Shown: positions 53,159 through 62,863, numbered from the stretch's first letter. The stretch: DNA of 64,000 bases from an uncultured Acidobacteriota bacterium (GCA_963700145.1 OY969474.1:1216001-1280000); one strand, 5' to 3'. The notes: a model not told the origin generated them from the sequence alone. Translations and numbers: made by a program.

Positions 53159-54472
53159 CTAGGTGGGCTCAACTGGGAAAGAGGCACCATCCGCCAGAAT
53201 CATTTTCAGCATCGCGATGTTGTCGCGGTGGCCGGTCAGCTTGGCGGTGACCTTGCCGCGGATCGGATAGCCCAGGAGATAGAAGTCGCCGAGGATGTCG
53301 AGGATCTTGTGGCGGGCGAACTCGTCGGGGAAGCGGAGCTCGGTGTTGACGATCTCGTCCTCGCCGACCAGGATGAAGTTGTCGAGCCGCCCGCCGGAGC
53401 CCAGCCCCAGCTCGTTCATCATCTTGAGGTCCTTCAGAAAGCCGAAGGTGCGGGCCGGCGCGATCTCCTCCTGGTAGCGGGCGAAGTCGGTGAGCGTGAA
53501 GTCGTAGCGCTGCTCCCCGACCGGCGGCGGGTAGCGCAGCTCGTAGGAGACCGCGAAGCCGTCGTAGGGCTCGAGCACCAAGCTCTTGCCGCCCGCGCCG
53601 CCGACCTCGTAGCGCCGGTCGATCACGATCTCCTGCCGCGGCGCGTCCTGGTCGACCACGCCGACCTCGTCGAGCACGCGGCAGAACTCCAGCGCCGAGC
53701 CGTCGAGGACCGGCAGCTCGCCGTGCACCTTGACCAGCAGGTTTCCCACCCCGGCGGCGTGGAGGGCGGAGAGGAAGTGCTCCACCGTGCGCACGCTCTC
53801 GCCGTCGGTCGAGAGCGTCGTGGCGTAGTCGGTGTCGGCGACGGCGCGGACGTGCGCCGGGATCTCCGCCCCGGCCGGCAGGGTCACGAAGTGGACGCCG
53901 GTGTCGGGCGGCAGCGGCTGGATGACCATGCCGGTGCGCCCGCCGGAGTGGAGGCCCAGGCCGTAGATCACCGTGCTGTGGCGAATGGTGCGCTGCGGCC
54001 GGTCGCTGGTGCGCAGCAGCGCCAGCGGCGGCGGCGGCTCGAGCTGCCGCTCCTCGGCGCGCGACGGCCCGGCCGGCGCCGGCAGCGCCGCCTCGCCGCC
54101 CAGGCTGCGCTTCATCGCCAGCGCGCCGGCCACGGCGTCCACGGCGCGCCGGTACGAGAGCGGCTTCTCGAGATAGTCGAAGGCGCCCATCTTGATCGCC
54201 TTGACCGCGGTCGCCGTGGTGCCGTGTCCCGACATCATGACGACCGCCGCCGCCGGGTCGGACTCGCGCAGCGCCTGCAGGGTCTCGAGCCCGTCGCGGT
54301 CGGCCAGCCAGACGTCGAGGAAGACCACGTCCGGCCGCGCCTCGGCGTAGAGCCGGAGCGCGTCGGCGCCGCTGCGCGTGGCGAGGGTGCGGTACCCCTC
54401 GTCGGCGAGGATCCCCGACAGGGTGGTCAGGATCCCCGGCTCGTCGTCGACGATCAGCACCAGGTCGCTCAT
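53159..54472 (-). CDS. lpxC: Response-regulator receiver domain fused to UDP-3-O-acyl-GlcNAc deacetylase LpxC
   Basis: REC motifs LIVDDE, VFLDVWL, MMSGHG and LEKP; LpxC motifs QRTI, GLGLHSG, TVEHFLSAL, ELPVLDGSA, IAPARTFGF, HKILDILGD and GH. Confidence 0.93.
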   Translation of the reverse strand: MSDLVLIVDDEPGILTTLSGILADEGYRTLATRSGADALRLYAEARPDVVFLDVWLADRDGLETLQALRESDPAAAVVMMSGHGTTATAVKAIKMGAFDYLEKPLSYRRAVDAVAGALAMKRSLGGEAALPAPAGPSRAEERQLEPPPPLALLRTSDRPQRTIRHSTVIYGLGLHSGGRTGMVIQPLPPDTGVHFVTLPAGAEIPAHVRAVADTDYATTLSTDGESVRTVEHFLSALHAAGVGNLLVKVHGELPVLDGSALEFCRVLDEVGVVDQDAPRQEIVIDRRYEVGGAGGKSLVLEPYDGFAVSYELRYPPPVGEQRYDFTLTDFARYQEEIAPARTFGFLKDLKMMNELGLGSGGRLDNFILVGEDEIVNTELRFPDEFARHKILDILGDFYLLGYPIRGKVTAKLTGHRDNIAMLKMILADGASFPVEPT

Positions 54473-54496
54473 GACGGGTGTACGGTGCCGGGGAGT

Positions 54497-55948
54497 CTAC
54501 CGCCCGGCGGGTGGCGGGTCCGCCGGCGGCTGGCCGAGACGCGCCTCCATCTCGGCCGCGGCGTAGGCCACGACCGCCCAGGCGGCGACGTTCTGGTCGA
54601 GGTCGCGCGCCGAGACGTGCGCCAGCGTGTCGTTCGGCGAGTGGTGGACGTCGAAGTAGAAGGTGCCGTCCTGGGCGAGCGAGACGATCGGCACCCGCGC
54701 CGGACGGATGGGGATCAAGTCGGCGCCGCCGCTCGCCGTGTTGTTGCCGCGGCCGACGCCGAGCGGCTCGAGGAGGGCGGCGATCTCGTCCATCGCCGGC
54801 AGCGACTCGGCGGCGATGCGCGAGGAGAGCTCGTAGACGCGCCCCGAGCCGAAGTCGGACTCGCCGGCCAGGACGTGCTGCGGCAGCGCCGCCGCGTGCG
54901 CCGCGGCGTAGGCGTTGGCGCCCGAGAGCCCGAACTCCTCGTTGGCGTAGAGGACGACGCGCACCGTGCGCCGCGGCGGGCGCGGCAGCTGGGCGATGCG
55001 GCGCGCCGCCTCGACGACGATGCCGCAGCCGGCGGCGTCGTCCTCGGCGCCGGTGCCGAGGTCCCAGGAGTCGAGGTGGCAGGCGAGGAGGACGATCTCC
55101 TCCGGCCGCTCCCGCCCGACGACCTCGCCGATGACGTTGGCTGACGGCTCGGGCGGCAGCTCGCGGCTGCGCAGGACCAGGTGGAAGCGCACCGGCCTAC
55201 CACTCGCCAGCGCCGCCTGGAGGAGGTCGGCGTCGGGGTTGGAGAGCGCCGCGGCGGCGATGCGCGGCACGCCCTCCTCGTAGCGGGTGGCGCCGGTGTG
55301 CGGCAGGCGGTCGTCGGAGGTGCCGACCGAGCGGATCAGGAGCGCGACGGCGCCGAGCTTGGCGGCGCGCGACGGCCCGGCGCCGCGCATCCCGACGGTG
55401 CGGCCGTAGCCGGCGCCGTCGCGCCGGCGCGCCATGCGCGGCGAAAGGAAAACAATCTTGCCGCGCGCCCGCTCGCCCAGGGCGTCGAGCGCTTCGAGCG
55501 AGACGGCCTCGACGACCTCGGCCTCGATCCCCGTCTCCGGCGTCGCGACGCTGCCGCCGAGGGCGGCGAGCACTACCGGCTGGACGAAGGGAGCGAGGAT
55601 GCTGCCTTCGATCGTGCCGCGCTCCCAGTGTGGCACCGTGACCGGCTCGGCGCGGACGTTTTCGAAGCCCAGGCCGCGCAGAGTGCGCAGCCCCCACTGG
55701 ACGGCGGCCTTGTCCCCCGGCGAGCCGGCGAGGCGCGGCCCGACCTCGGTGGTCAGCGAGCGGACGATCTCGTAGGCGCCGGTCCCCTGCAGCGCGCCGT
55801 CGCGCAGGGCGGCGGCGGTGGCATGGACCTCGGGCGAGAGGGAAACGGGAGCGGCCGGGGCGGTGTCCGCGGCGGTTGGGGCCTGGGCGGCCAGCAGGCC
55901 GGCGACCGCCAGGGCGAGCCCCGCGAGGAGGCCGGCGACGAGCCTCAC
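54497..55948 (-). CDS. M28 family metallopeptidase (carboxypeptidase Q-like), secreted
   Basis: VGPRLAGS, HLDSWDLGTGAEDD, ANEEFG, GESD and HHSPNDT motifs; GTG start at 55948. Confidence 0.92.
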   Translation of the reverse strand: MRLVAGLLAGLALAVAGLLAAQAPTAADTAPAAPVSLSPEVHATAAALRDGALQGTGAYEIVRSLTTEVGPRLAGSPGDKAAVQWGLRTLRGLGFENVRAEPVTVPHWERGTIEGSILAPFVQPVVLAALGGSVATPETGIEAEVVEAVSLEALDALGERARGKIVFLSPRMARRRDGAGYGRTVGMRGAGPSRAAKLGAVALLIRSVGTSDDRLPHTGATRYEEGVPRIAAAALSNPDADLLQAALASGRPVRFHLVLRSRELPPEPSANVIGEVVGRERPEEIVLLACHLDSWDLGTGAEDDAAGCGIVVEAARRIAQLPRPPRRTVRVVLYANEEFGLSGANAYAAAHAAALPQHVLAGESDFGSGRVYELSSRIAAESLPAMDEIAALLEPLGVGRGNNTASGGADLIPIRPARVPIVSLAQDGTFYFDVHHSPNDTLAHVSARDLDQNVAAWAVVAYAAAEMEARLGQPPADPPPAGR

Positions 55949-55956
55949 GGGCCGAA

Positions 55957-57084
55957 TTACGCGGGGAGCGCCTCGGCGGAGCGGAGCTGCTCGAGGACCA
56001 GCCGCCACTCCTGGAGGGCCTGCTCGACCGCGCGATGGCAGGCGAGGACGCCTTCGTCCACCTCCGCCGCGAGCGCGCCGCGGGCGCGGCGCTGCAGCGT
56101 CAGCAGCTCCTGGAGGCGCGCCTGGACGGCGGCGTGGGCGTCGTGCAGCCGCCGCTCCTGCGCCTGCCGCAGCTCGCCGACGCGCTGCGCCAGCCGTTCG
56201 CGCGCGTGATCGAACTGCACGCTGACGCGGGCCCGCAGCAGCAGGGCGTCCGGGGCGCGGCGCAGCTCGCGCGCCAGCCCCAGCTTCGAGAGCGCGAAGA
56301 TCACCCACTTCGCCGGGTCGAAGTGCCAGGGCTTGACGCCGTTGCGGTAGTCGAAGGGGAAGCTGTGATGGAAGTTGTGATAGCCCTCGCCGAGCGCCAG
56401 GACCGCCATCACCGCGCTGTCGCGGGCGCTGTGCTCGCGGCTGTAGGGCTGGCGGCCGATCATGTGGCAGAGGCTGTTGATGAAGAAGGTGGCGTGATGG
56501 CTGGCCACGATGCGCGCCACGCCGCCGATCAGCAGGCAGCCCAGGACCCGTCCCGTCGCCAGCCCCACCACCAGGGGGATGCCGAAGGACAGGCCGAAGC
56601 CGATCACGCGGTTCCAGCGGTCTTGCCAGAGGACCAGGGGGTCGTCCTGGAGGTCGCGCACGACGTTGAGGCTCGGCGGCTCGTGGTGGAAGAAGACCCA
56701 CCCCATGTGCGCCCACCAGAACCCCTTCTGGATGTTGTAGGGGTCGCGGTCGTGGTCGGTGTGCGAATGGTGGACGCGGTGGTCGGCCGACCAGCGGAGG
56801 GCCGAGTTCTCGAGCGCCGCGGCGCCGAAGACCAGGAAGAAGAGGCGCACCGGCCAGGCGGCGCGGTAGGTGCGGTGGCTGAAGAGGCGGTGGTAGCCGG
56901 CGGTCACCGAGACGCCGATGACCAGCCAGAGGACGGCGAAGGTGATGGTCTCCGGCCAGCCGAGCCCGACCTTGACGATGTACCAGGGCACACCGACCAG
57001 GGTGACGGCGAGCGTGCCGAGGAGGAAGAGCGTGTTGACGAGGTCGAGGCGGTTTTCGATGCTTTGGTCCACTGTTTGGTCCAC
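55957..57084 (-). CDS. Acyl-CoA (Delta-9) fatty acid desaturase
   Basis: His boxes HRLFSH, HRVHH and HNFHH; GFWWAHMGW and DYRNG motifs. Confidence 0.94.
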   Translation of the reverse strand: MDQTVDQSIENRLDLVNTLFLLGTLAVTLVGVPWYIVKVGLGWPETITFAVLWLVIGVSVTAGYHRLFSHRTYRAAWPVRLFFLVFGAAALENSALRWSADHRVHHSHTDHDRDPYNIQKGFWWAHMGWVFFHHEPPSLNVVRDLQDDPLVLWQDRWNRVIGFGLSFGIPLVVGLATGRVLGCLLIGGVARIVASHHATFFINSLCHMIGRQPYSREHSARDSAVMAVLALGEGYHNFHHSFPFDYRNGVKPWHFDPAKWVIFALSKLGLARELRRAPDALLLRARVSVQFDHARERLAQRVGELRQAQERRLHDAHAAVQARLQELLTLQRRARGALAAEVDEGVLACHRAVEQALQEWRLVLEQLRSAEALPA

Positions 57085-57222
57085 TAGGAGGGGCCCCCGG
57101 ATTGTTCTTGCTTGCAAGGCGGACGCCGCGATTGTAGCGGAAATGCTTCCCCGCCGCCCCGCGTTGAGAGAGACTGAGCTTTCCGTAGACCTGAACCGGG
57201 ACCCTAGAGGAGAGATTCCCCC

Positions 57223-57636
57223 ATGAGCACCCCGCACCGCTTCCGCCCCCTCGCCGCCGCCTTCTGCCTGGCAGCGCTCGCCGCCGCCGGCGCCGCCATG
57301 GCCGGCGAGGCCAAGCCCGGCAAGGCCGAGAAGGAGGCCGCGCCGGCCCTCCACCGCGTCGAGACCAAGAAGGTCTGCATGGTCAACGACCAGGTCTTCG
57401 AGCGCGACCAGATCCCGGTCGCGGTCGACGGTAAGACCTATTACGGCTGCTGCGCCATGTGCAAGGAGCGGCTGTCCAAGGACGCCGAGGCGCGCACCGG
57501 CGTCGATCCGTTGACCCAGAAGAAGGTGGACAAGGCCACGGCCGTCATCGCGGCGCGCGAAGACGGCAGCGTCCTCTACTTCGAGAGCGAGAAGACCTAC
57601 ACCGAGTACCTGAAAAAGCTCGAGAAGGGGGGCTGA
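57223..57636 (+). CDS. Secreted YHS/TRASH-like metal-binding protein
   Basis: Signal peptide; VCMVND, GKTYYGCCAMC, VDPLT and LYFESE motifs. Confidence 0.82.
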   Translation: MSTPHRFRPLAAAFCLAALAAAGAAMAGEAKPGKAEKEAAPALHRVETKKVCMVNDQVFERDQIPVAVDGKTYYGCCAMCKERLSKDAEARTGVDPLTQKKVDKATAVIAAREDGSVLYFESEKTYTEYLKKLEKGG

Positions 57637-57647
57637 GCCGGGCCTTC

Positions 57648-57663
57648 TGGCCCCCGTCTTGCA
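57648..57663 (+). promoter_or_regulatory. Sigma54 (-24/-12) promoter
   Basis: TGGCCC-CCGTC-TTGCA upstream of the gene at 57737. Confidence 0.6.
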
Positions 57664-57736
57664 ACCTGCATCTCCTGGCGCGAGGGGGAAGTCTCCACCT
57701 CGTCGACAAAGCACTGACAGCCAAGGAGATGCAGCC

Positions 57737-58678
57737 ATGAAGAGCACCCATCGCATCGCCGCCGCGGCCCTCGCGCTCGCCCTGCTCGGGGCGGGCGGGG
57801 CCGCCGCGGATCACAAGAAGGACACCGTAGCCGCCAAGCAGCTCGCCGGCACCGTCGGCGCCAAGGTCATCGCTCTGCAGACCTGGGTCGAGAACCTGAC
57901 CGCCGGCGCGGAGTCCCGTTACGGCATCCACCCGACCAACGAGCCGATCCCGGTCAACGTCGGCGACCGCGTGCGGGTGCGCCTGGTGGGGACGGCGATC
58001 GAAGGCGACGGCGACGGCGTCGAGATCCCGATCCACGCCCGCTTCTCCGAGGCCTCGGGCACCAGCCGCCTCGACATCCTCGAGCGCGGTCCGAACTGGG
58101 TCGTGGTGCGGATCGGCGACCGCGACCGCCTGCGCAACGACGACCGCGCCCAGCTGGCCTTCGAGGTCACCGGCCGCTACGACCTGCGCAACAACCTCGA
58201 GAGCGGCCGCATCACCTTCGACCTCGGCGGCCGCGGCGGCTCCTCGCTCGGCTTGAGCCAGGGGGCGACCGACCGCGAGCGCCTGCGGGAGTCCGAGCGG
58301 CTGACGGCGTTGCTCTACGACGCCCTCCTGCTGGAGGACACCTCCAGCCTGCGGCGCGACACCGACTTCAACGCCGGCGTCGACCGGATCTACCGCGACG
58401 GTTACGAGGCGGTCATCGAGGTGGCACTCGACCTCGCCCGCCAGGCGCAGGAGCGCAGCGTCTTCCGCGGCCACTCGGCGCAAGAGGTCGTGGCGCACCT
58501 CTACCGGGTGCTCCTCGGCCGCAGCGGCAGCGTCAGCCAGCTCGCCTCGGACCCCGGCTTCGTCGCCAACGTGCGCCAGCTGGAGCGGGGCCGGCTCTAC
58601 GACCTGGTCGAGACGGTCGTCCGCTCCGAGGAGTTCCACCGGAACCACAACCTGACCGGCTTCACGCGCCTCCGCTAA
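57737..58678 (+). CDS. Secreted hypothetical protein with C-terminal DUF4214/phycobilisome-linker-like repeat
   Basis: AAGGAG SD; signal peptide; VAHLYRVLLGR...VVRSEEF. Confidence 0.75.
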   Translation: MKSTHRIAAAALALALLGAGGAAADHKKDTVAAKQLAGTVGAKVIALQTWVENLTAGAESRYGIHPTNEPIPVNVGDRVRVRLVGTAIEGDGDGVEIPIHARFSEASGTSRLDILERGPNWVVVRIGDRDRLRNDDRAQLAFEVTGRYDLRNNLESGRITFDLGGRGGSSLGLSQGATDRERLRESERLTALLYDALLLEDTSSLRRDTDFNAGVDRIYRDGYEAVIEVALDLARQAQERSVFRGHSAQEVVAHLYRVLLGRSGSVSQLASDPGFVANVRQLERGRLYDLVETVVRSEEFHRNHNLTGFTRLR

Positions 58679-58703
58679 CGCGGAGCGCGGGCGGGGAGGG
58701 GCG

Positions 58704-59633
58704 CTACCAGCCGCTGGACGCCCCTCCCCCGCCGAACCCCCCGCCACCGCCCGAAAAGCCCCCGCCGCCGCTCCAGCCGCCGCCGCGCCCTCCCCCACCG
58801 CCCATCGGGAAGTTGAACCAGCCGCCGGCGCCCCCGCCGGGGCCCATCGTGTCGGTCCAGAAGCGCTTGCCGCGCGGCGTCTTGCGCAGGCGCCGCAGCA
58901 GCGGGTAGCCGATCGTCCAGGCGAGCCAGGCGACGAGGCCGGCGATCGGCGTGTCGAAGATCCCGGTCGGGAAGGCGAAGTAGAAGGGCATCAGGAAGAC
59001 GTAGAGGCCCCAGGCGCCGCAGCCGTCGGGGGCGGCGAGCGCGCTCAACGAGAAGATGCCGATGACGATGCAGAAGACGAAGCCGATGAAGACGCGGGCG
59101 TACCAGGGCGACCCTTCCATCCCCTCCGCCATGTCGACCTCCGGCGCCGGCAGCGGCTCGCCGCGCACCGAGGCGGCGATCGCGTCGACCCCGGCCTCGA
59201 TCCCGCCGGCGTAGTCGCCGCGCCGGAAGGCCGGGCGGATCACCTGGTCGAGGATCTGCCGGCTCTCGAGGTCGGTGAGCGCCCCCTCCAGACCGTAGCC
59301 CACCTCGATCCGCATCTGCCGGTCCTGCTCGGCGACCAGCAGGAGCACGCCGTCGTCCACCTTCTCGCGGCCGAGCTTCCAGGTCTCGACGACGCGCATC
59401 GAGTAGTCCTCGATCGGCTCGCCTTCGAGGCTCTCGACGGTGAGCACCGCCACCTGCGAGCCCTTCTCCTTCTCCAGCGCCGCGAGCTTGGCGTCGAGGC
59501 GCGCCTCGACCTCGGGAGGGAGGAGCTCGGCCTCGTCCACGACGCGGCCGGAGAGGAACGGCACCTCCTGGGCGGCGGCCGGCGCGGCGCAGAGGGCGAG
59601 CGCGAGGAGAGCGAGGAGCCAGAGGCGTCTCAC
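58704..59633 (-). CDS. TPM-domain protein (YgcG-like) with Gly-rich tail
   Basis: GRVVDEAELL, WKLGREKVDDGVLLLV, RIEVGYGLEG and GGGFGGGGASSGW motifs. Confidence 0.93.
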   Translation of the reverse strand: MRRLWLLALLALALCAAPAAAQEVPFLSGRVVDEAELLPPEVEARLDAKLAALEKEKGSQVAVLTVESLEGEPIEDYSMRVVETWKLGREKVDDGVLLLVAEQDRQMRIEVGYGLEGALTDLESRQILDQVIRPAFRRGDYAGGIEAGVDAIAASVRGEPLPAPEVDMAEGMEGSPWYARVFIGFVFCIVIGIFSLSALAAPDGCGAWGLYVFLMPFYFAFPTGIFDTPIAGLVAWLAWTIGYPLLRRLRKTPRGKRFWTDTMGPGGGAGGWFNFPMGGGGGRGGGWSGGGGFSGGGGGFGGGGASSGW

Positions 59634-60283
59634 GGCTCGCCCTGCCGCAGCACGTTCCCCAGCTCGTCGGTGTCGTCCACCCGGCAGACGACGCCGTGCC
59701 GGGCGAGGAGGCCGCCGCACTCGCGCACCGCCGCCGCCACCGCCGGACCGGGGCGGCCGGCGCGGATGCCGGCGACGACCGTCTCGACGATCCCCTCCCA
59801 CTCGGCTTGATCGACGCGCGCGTTGATCCCCGAGTCGCCGAGCACCACGACCCGGTGCTCGAAGAGCGAGAGGAAGAGGAGGATGCCGGTGCGGTCGCGG
59901 GTGGCGAAGACCTCCTCCTCGAGAAAGGCCACTCCCGCCCGCCGCCGCACCCGCAGCTCCATCACCGCCTGCCCGGCCAGCGCCCGGCGCACCGCCGGGA
60001 CCTGGGCGACGAGCCACCCGAGGGCGGCGCCCGCGGCGGCCGGCAGCACCATCCAGACGAAGAGCTGGCCGCCCCAGAGGCCCAGGAGCCCGTGCACGCC
60101 CCAGGCGAGGAGCGGCAGCGTCATCGCCCCGAGGGCGGCGCCGCGCCAGGGCGCGTTGGGGTACTCGTCGCTGGCGTCGACGACGTAGGGGACGATCTCG
60201 CCGGAGGTCGCGCACTCGGCCTCTTCGACGGCAGCGCGGATCGCCTCGCGGTCGGCGTCGCTGAAGAGGGTGTCGGCGGTCAT
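59630..60283 (-). CDS. TPM-domain membrane protein (partner of the YgcG-like gene)
   Basis: AEcaTSGEIV, TRDRTGILLFLS..EH and DELGN motifs. Confidence 0.88.
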   Translation of the reverse strand: MTADTLFSDADREAIRAAVEEAECATSGEIVPYVVDASDEYPNAPWRGAALGAMTLPLLAWGVHGLLGLWGGQLFVWMVLPAAAGAALGWLVAQVPAVRRALAGQAVMELRVRRRAGVAFLEEEVFATRDRTGILLFLSLFEHRVVVLGDSGINARVDQAEWEGIVETVVAGIRAGRPGPAVAAAVRECGGLLARHGVVCRVDDTDELGNVLRQGEP

Positions 60284-60387
60284 GGGCGGGCGCGGTGCGC
60301 GGGCGATGCTACGCCAGCGGCGGGCGCCGCGGACAGCCTTGCGGATATGCGCCCTCTGCTATCGTTCGCCGCGCAGTGAGACGTTCG

Positions 60388-62412
60388 ATGCCGTTCCGCC
60401 GTCCTCCCGGTTCCTGCCGCGCCGCCCTCGCCTGGCCGCTCCTGGCCCTCGCGCTCCTCCTCGCCGGCGGTCCCCCCGACGCCCCGGCGGCGCCGGGCCT
60501 CCGCGCGACGACCGCCCCGCTCGACATCTCGCGCGTCCGCCTCGAGCGCCTGGGGACCGGCCTCGGGGCGATCACCGGCATTACCCATGCCGGCGACGAC
60601 CGCCTCTTCCTCACCCTGCGCGACGGGCGGATCGCGATCTTCTCCGGCGGCCGTGTGCTCACCCGTCTCTTCCTCGACATCCGGTCTCTCACCACCACCG
60701 ACGGCGAGCGCGGGCTCCTCTCGACCGCCTTTCACCCGCGCTACGCCGAGAACGGCTTCTTCTTCGTCAACTACACGGACAACCGCGGCGACACGGTCGT
60801 CGCCCGCTACCGGGTGACGGCCGGCGACCCCGGCCTCGCCGATCCCGCCAGCGCGCGCGTGCTGCTCACCATCGGGCAGCCCTTCGCCAACCACAACGGC
60901 GGCCAGCTCCAGTTCGGCCCGGACGGCTATCTCTACATCGGCATGGGGGACGGCGGCTCCGGCGGCGACCCCGCCTGCCGGGCGCAGCGCGGCAACGACC
61001 TGCTCGGCAAGATGCTGCGCATCGACGTCGATCAGAACGCCGGCGCGGCGCCCTTCCACGGCATCCCGCCGAGCAACCCGTTCGTCGGCGTCGCCGGCGT
61101 GCGGCCCGAGATCTGGGCCGTCGGTTTCCGCAACCCCTGGCGCTTCACGTTCGACCGCGCGACCGGCGACATGTACATCGGCGACGTCGGGCAGAACGCG
61201 CGCGAGGAGATCGACTTCCAGCCGGCGGCCAGCCGCGGCGGCGAGAACTACGGCTGGAAGGTCATGGAGGGCAACGCCTGCTTCAGCCGCGACGCCTGCC
61301 CGTCGAGCGTGCCGCCGTGCGGCGCCTCGGTCCTGGTGCGGCCGATCCTGGAGTACGACCACGGCGGCGACGACTGCTCGGTCTCCGGCGGCTACGTCTA
61401 CCGCGGCACCCAGGTGCCCGAGCTCGCCGGCGCCTACCTCTTCGGCGACCTGTGCAGCGGGCGGGTGCGGATCGCCGAGCGCAGCGGCGGCGTCTGGAGC
61501 GCGCAGATCCTGGGCGACCGCGCGCCGCTCCTCACCACCTTCGGCGAGGACCGCCTGGGCGAGCTCTACGTCGGCACCCTCGGCGGCGACCTCTTCCGCC
61601 TGGCGACCGACGCGCCGCCGCCACCACCACCTCCGCCACCTCCGCCGCCTCCTCCCCCACCGCCGCCCCCGCCCCCCGGCGAGGGCGACGGGGTCGGCCT
61701 CTTCGACCCGGCGCTCTCCCGCTTCCACTTGAAGGACGCGCTGCGCACCGGCCCGGCCGACCGCTCCGTCCGCTTCGGCCCGGTCAACAACCCCTGGCGG
61801 CCGCTCGCCGGCGACTGGAACGGCGACGGCGCCGCCACGATCGGCTTCTTCGATCCGGGGACCCGGCGCTTCCGGCTCAAGGACTCGCTCTCGGGCGGCG
61901 CTTCCGACCGCCTCTTCACGCTCGCCGCCGTGCCGCCCGCGGCCGCCGGCGCGGTGACCGGCGACTGGAATGGCGACGGCGCCGACGGCGTCGGCCTCTA
62001 CGACGACGCGTCGCGCACCTTCCACCTGCGCGACGACGCCACCGGCGGCCCGGCCGACCACACCGTCCGCTTCACCGGCGCGGCGGCCGGCTGGCTGCCG
62101 ATTGCCGGCGATTGGGACGGCGACGGACGGGACGGCGTCGGCCTCTACGATCCGGCCGCCTCGGTCTTCCACCTGCGCAACCCGCTGACCAACGGGCCGG
62201 CGACGACGGTCTACCCGTTCGGCCCGGGAGGACGCGGCTGGCTGCCGGTTGCCGGCGATTGGGACGGCGACGGCGACGACACGATCGGGCTCTACAACCC
62301 GCTGCAGCGGAGCTTCCGGCTCGAGAACCGGCACGCCACCGGCACCGCCGACATTCGCTTCGTCTTCTCCGGAGCGGCCGCCTCCTGGCGGCCTCTCGCC
62401 GGGCGATGGTGA
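60388..62412 (+). CDS. PQQ-dependent sugar dehydrogenase (GSDH) with poly-Pro linker and C-terminal GDW(D/N)GDG repeats
   Basis: ERGLL, NHNGG, FGPDGYLYIGMGDGG, GFRNPWR and GDVGQ motifs; 21 consecutive Pro; four GDWxGDG repeats. Confidence 0.9.
   Translation: MPFRRPPGSCRAALAWPLLALALLLAGGPPDAPAAPGLRATTAPLDISRVRLERLGTGLGAITGITHAGDDRLFLTLRDGRIAIFSGGRVLTRLFLDIRSLTTTDGERGLLSTAFHPRYAENGFFFVNYTDNRGDTVVARYRVTAGDPGLADPASARVLLTIGQPFANHNGGQLQFGPDGYLYIGMGDGGSGGDPACRAQRGNDLLGKMLRIDVDQNAGAAPFHGIPPSNPFVGVAGVRPEIWAVGFRNPWRFTFDRATGDMYIGDVGQNAREEIDFQPAASRGGENYGWKVMEGNACFSRDACPSSVPPCGASVLVRPILEYDHGGDDCSVSGGYVYRGTQVPELAGAYLFGDLCSGRVRIAERSGGVWSAQILGDRAPLLTTFGEDRLGELYVGTLGGDLFRLATDAPPPPPPPPPPPPPPPPPPPPPGEGDGVGLFDPALSRFHLKDALRTGPADRSVRFGPVNNPWRPLAGDWNGDGAATIGFFDPGTRRFRLKDSLSGGASDRLFTLAAVPPAAAGAVTGDWNGDGADGVGLYDDASRTFHLRDDATGGPADHTVRFTGAAAGWLPIAGDWDGDGRDGVGLYDPAASVFHLRNPLTNGPATTVYPFGPGGRGWLPVAGDWDGDGDDTIGLYNPLQRSFRLENRHATGTADIRFVFSGAAASWRPLAGRW
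61615..61677 (+). repeat. Poly-proline tract (21 CCN codons)
   Basis: Counted directly; mixed CCG/CCA/CCT/CCC codons. Confidence 0.95.
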
Positions 62413-62413
62413 T

Positions 62414-62863
62414 CTAAATCTTGAACAGCGCGTCGAAGGCGGCGCGCGGGTCGGTGGGTCCGGGCTTGGCGCTCTCGGCGCCGAACTCCTGCACCGTCTT
62501 GGGCTGGAAGCAGGGGCACTCGTTGCGCTCGCGCTTCTTGACCACCCGGGCGGGGATCTCGGCGTGCCGGCGGCACTCCCAGCGGGCGGCGGTGTCGAAG
62601 TGGAGGCAGTTGGAGCAGGTGTGGAGGGCGGCGCCGCAGCGGCCGCAGGCGGCGTCGAACGGCACCTCGTCGGCGGCGCCGGTCAGCAGGCGCTTCTCGC
62701 CGCAGGCGGCGCAGCGGAAGACGGTCTCGGTGGGGCGGCCGAGGCCGCGCCCCCGCGGCCCCTCGGGCTTCTCGCGCGGGCCCTGCGGCGGCCGATCCTT
62801 CCTCTCCTCGGAGCGGCCGGTGTCCTGGTAGCCGCGCTGGCGGTATTTCCGGTCGTCGGCCAT
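62414..62863 (-). CDS. Cys-rich conserved hypothetical (zinc-finger-like) protein
   Basis: MADDRKYRQRGY...CAAC...CGRC..LHTCSNCLHFD..WEC..NECPCF..FDALFK. Confidence 0.8.
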   Translation of the reverse strand: MADDRKYRQRGYQDTGRSEERKDRPPQGPREKPEGPRGRGLGRPTETVFRCAACGEKRLLTGAADEVPFDAACGRCGAALHTCSNCLHFDTAARWECRRHAEIPARVVKKRERNECPCFQPKTVQEFGAESAKPGPTDPRAAFDALFKI

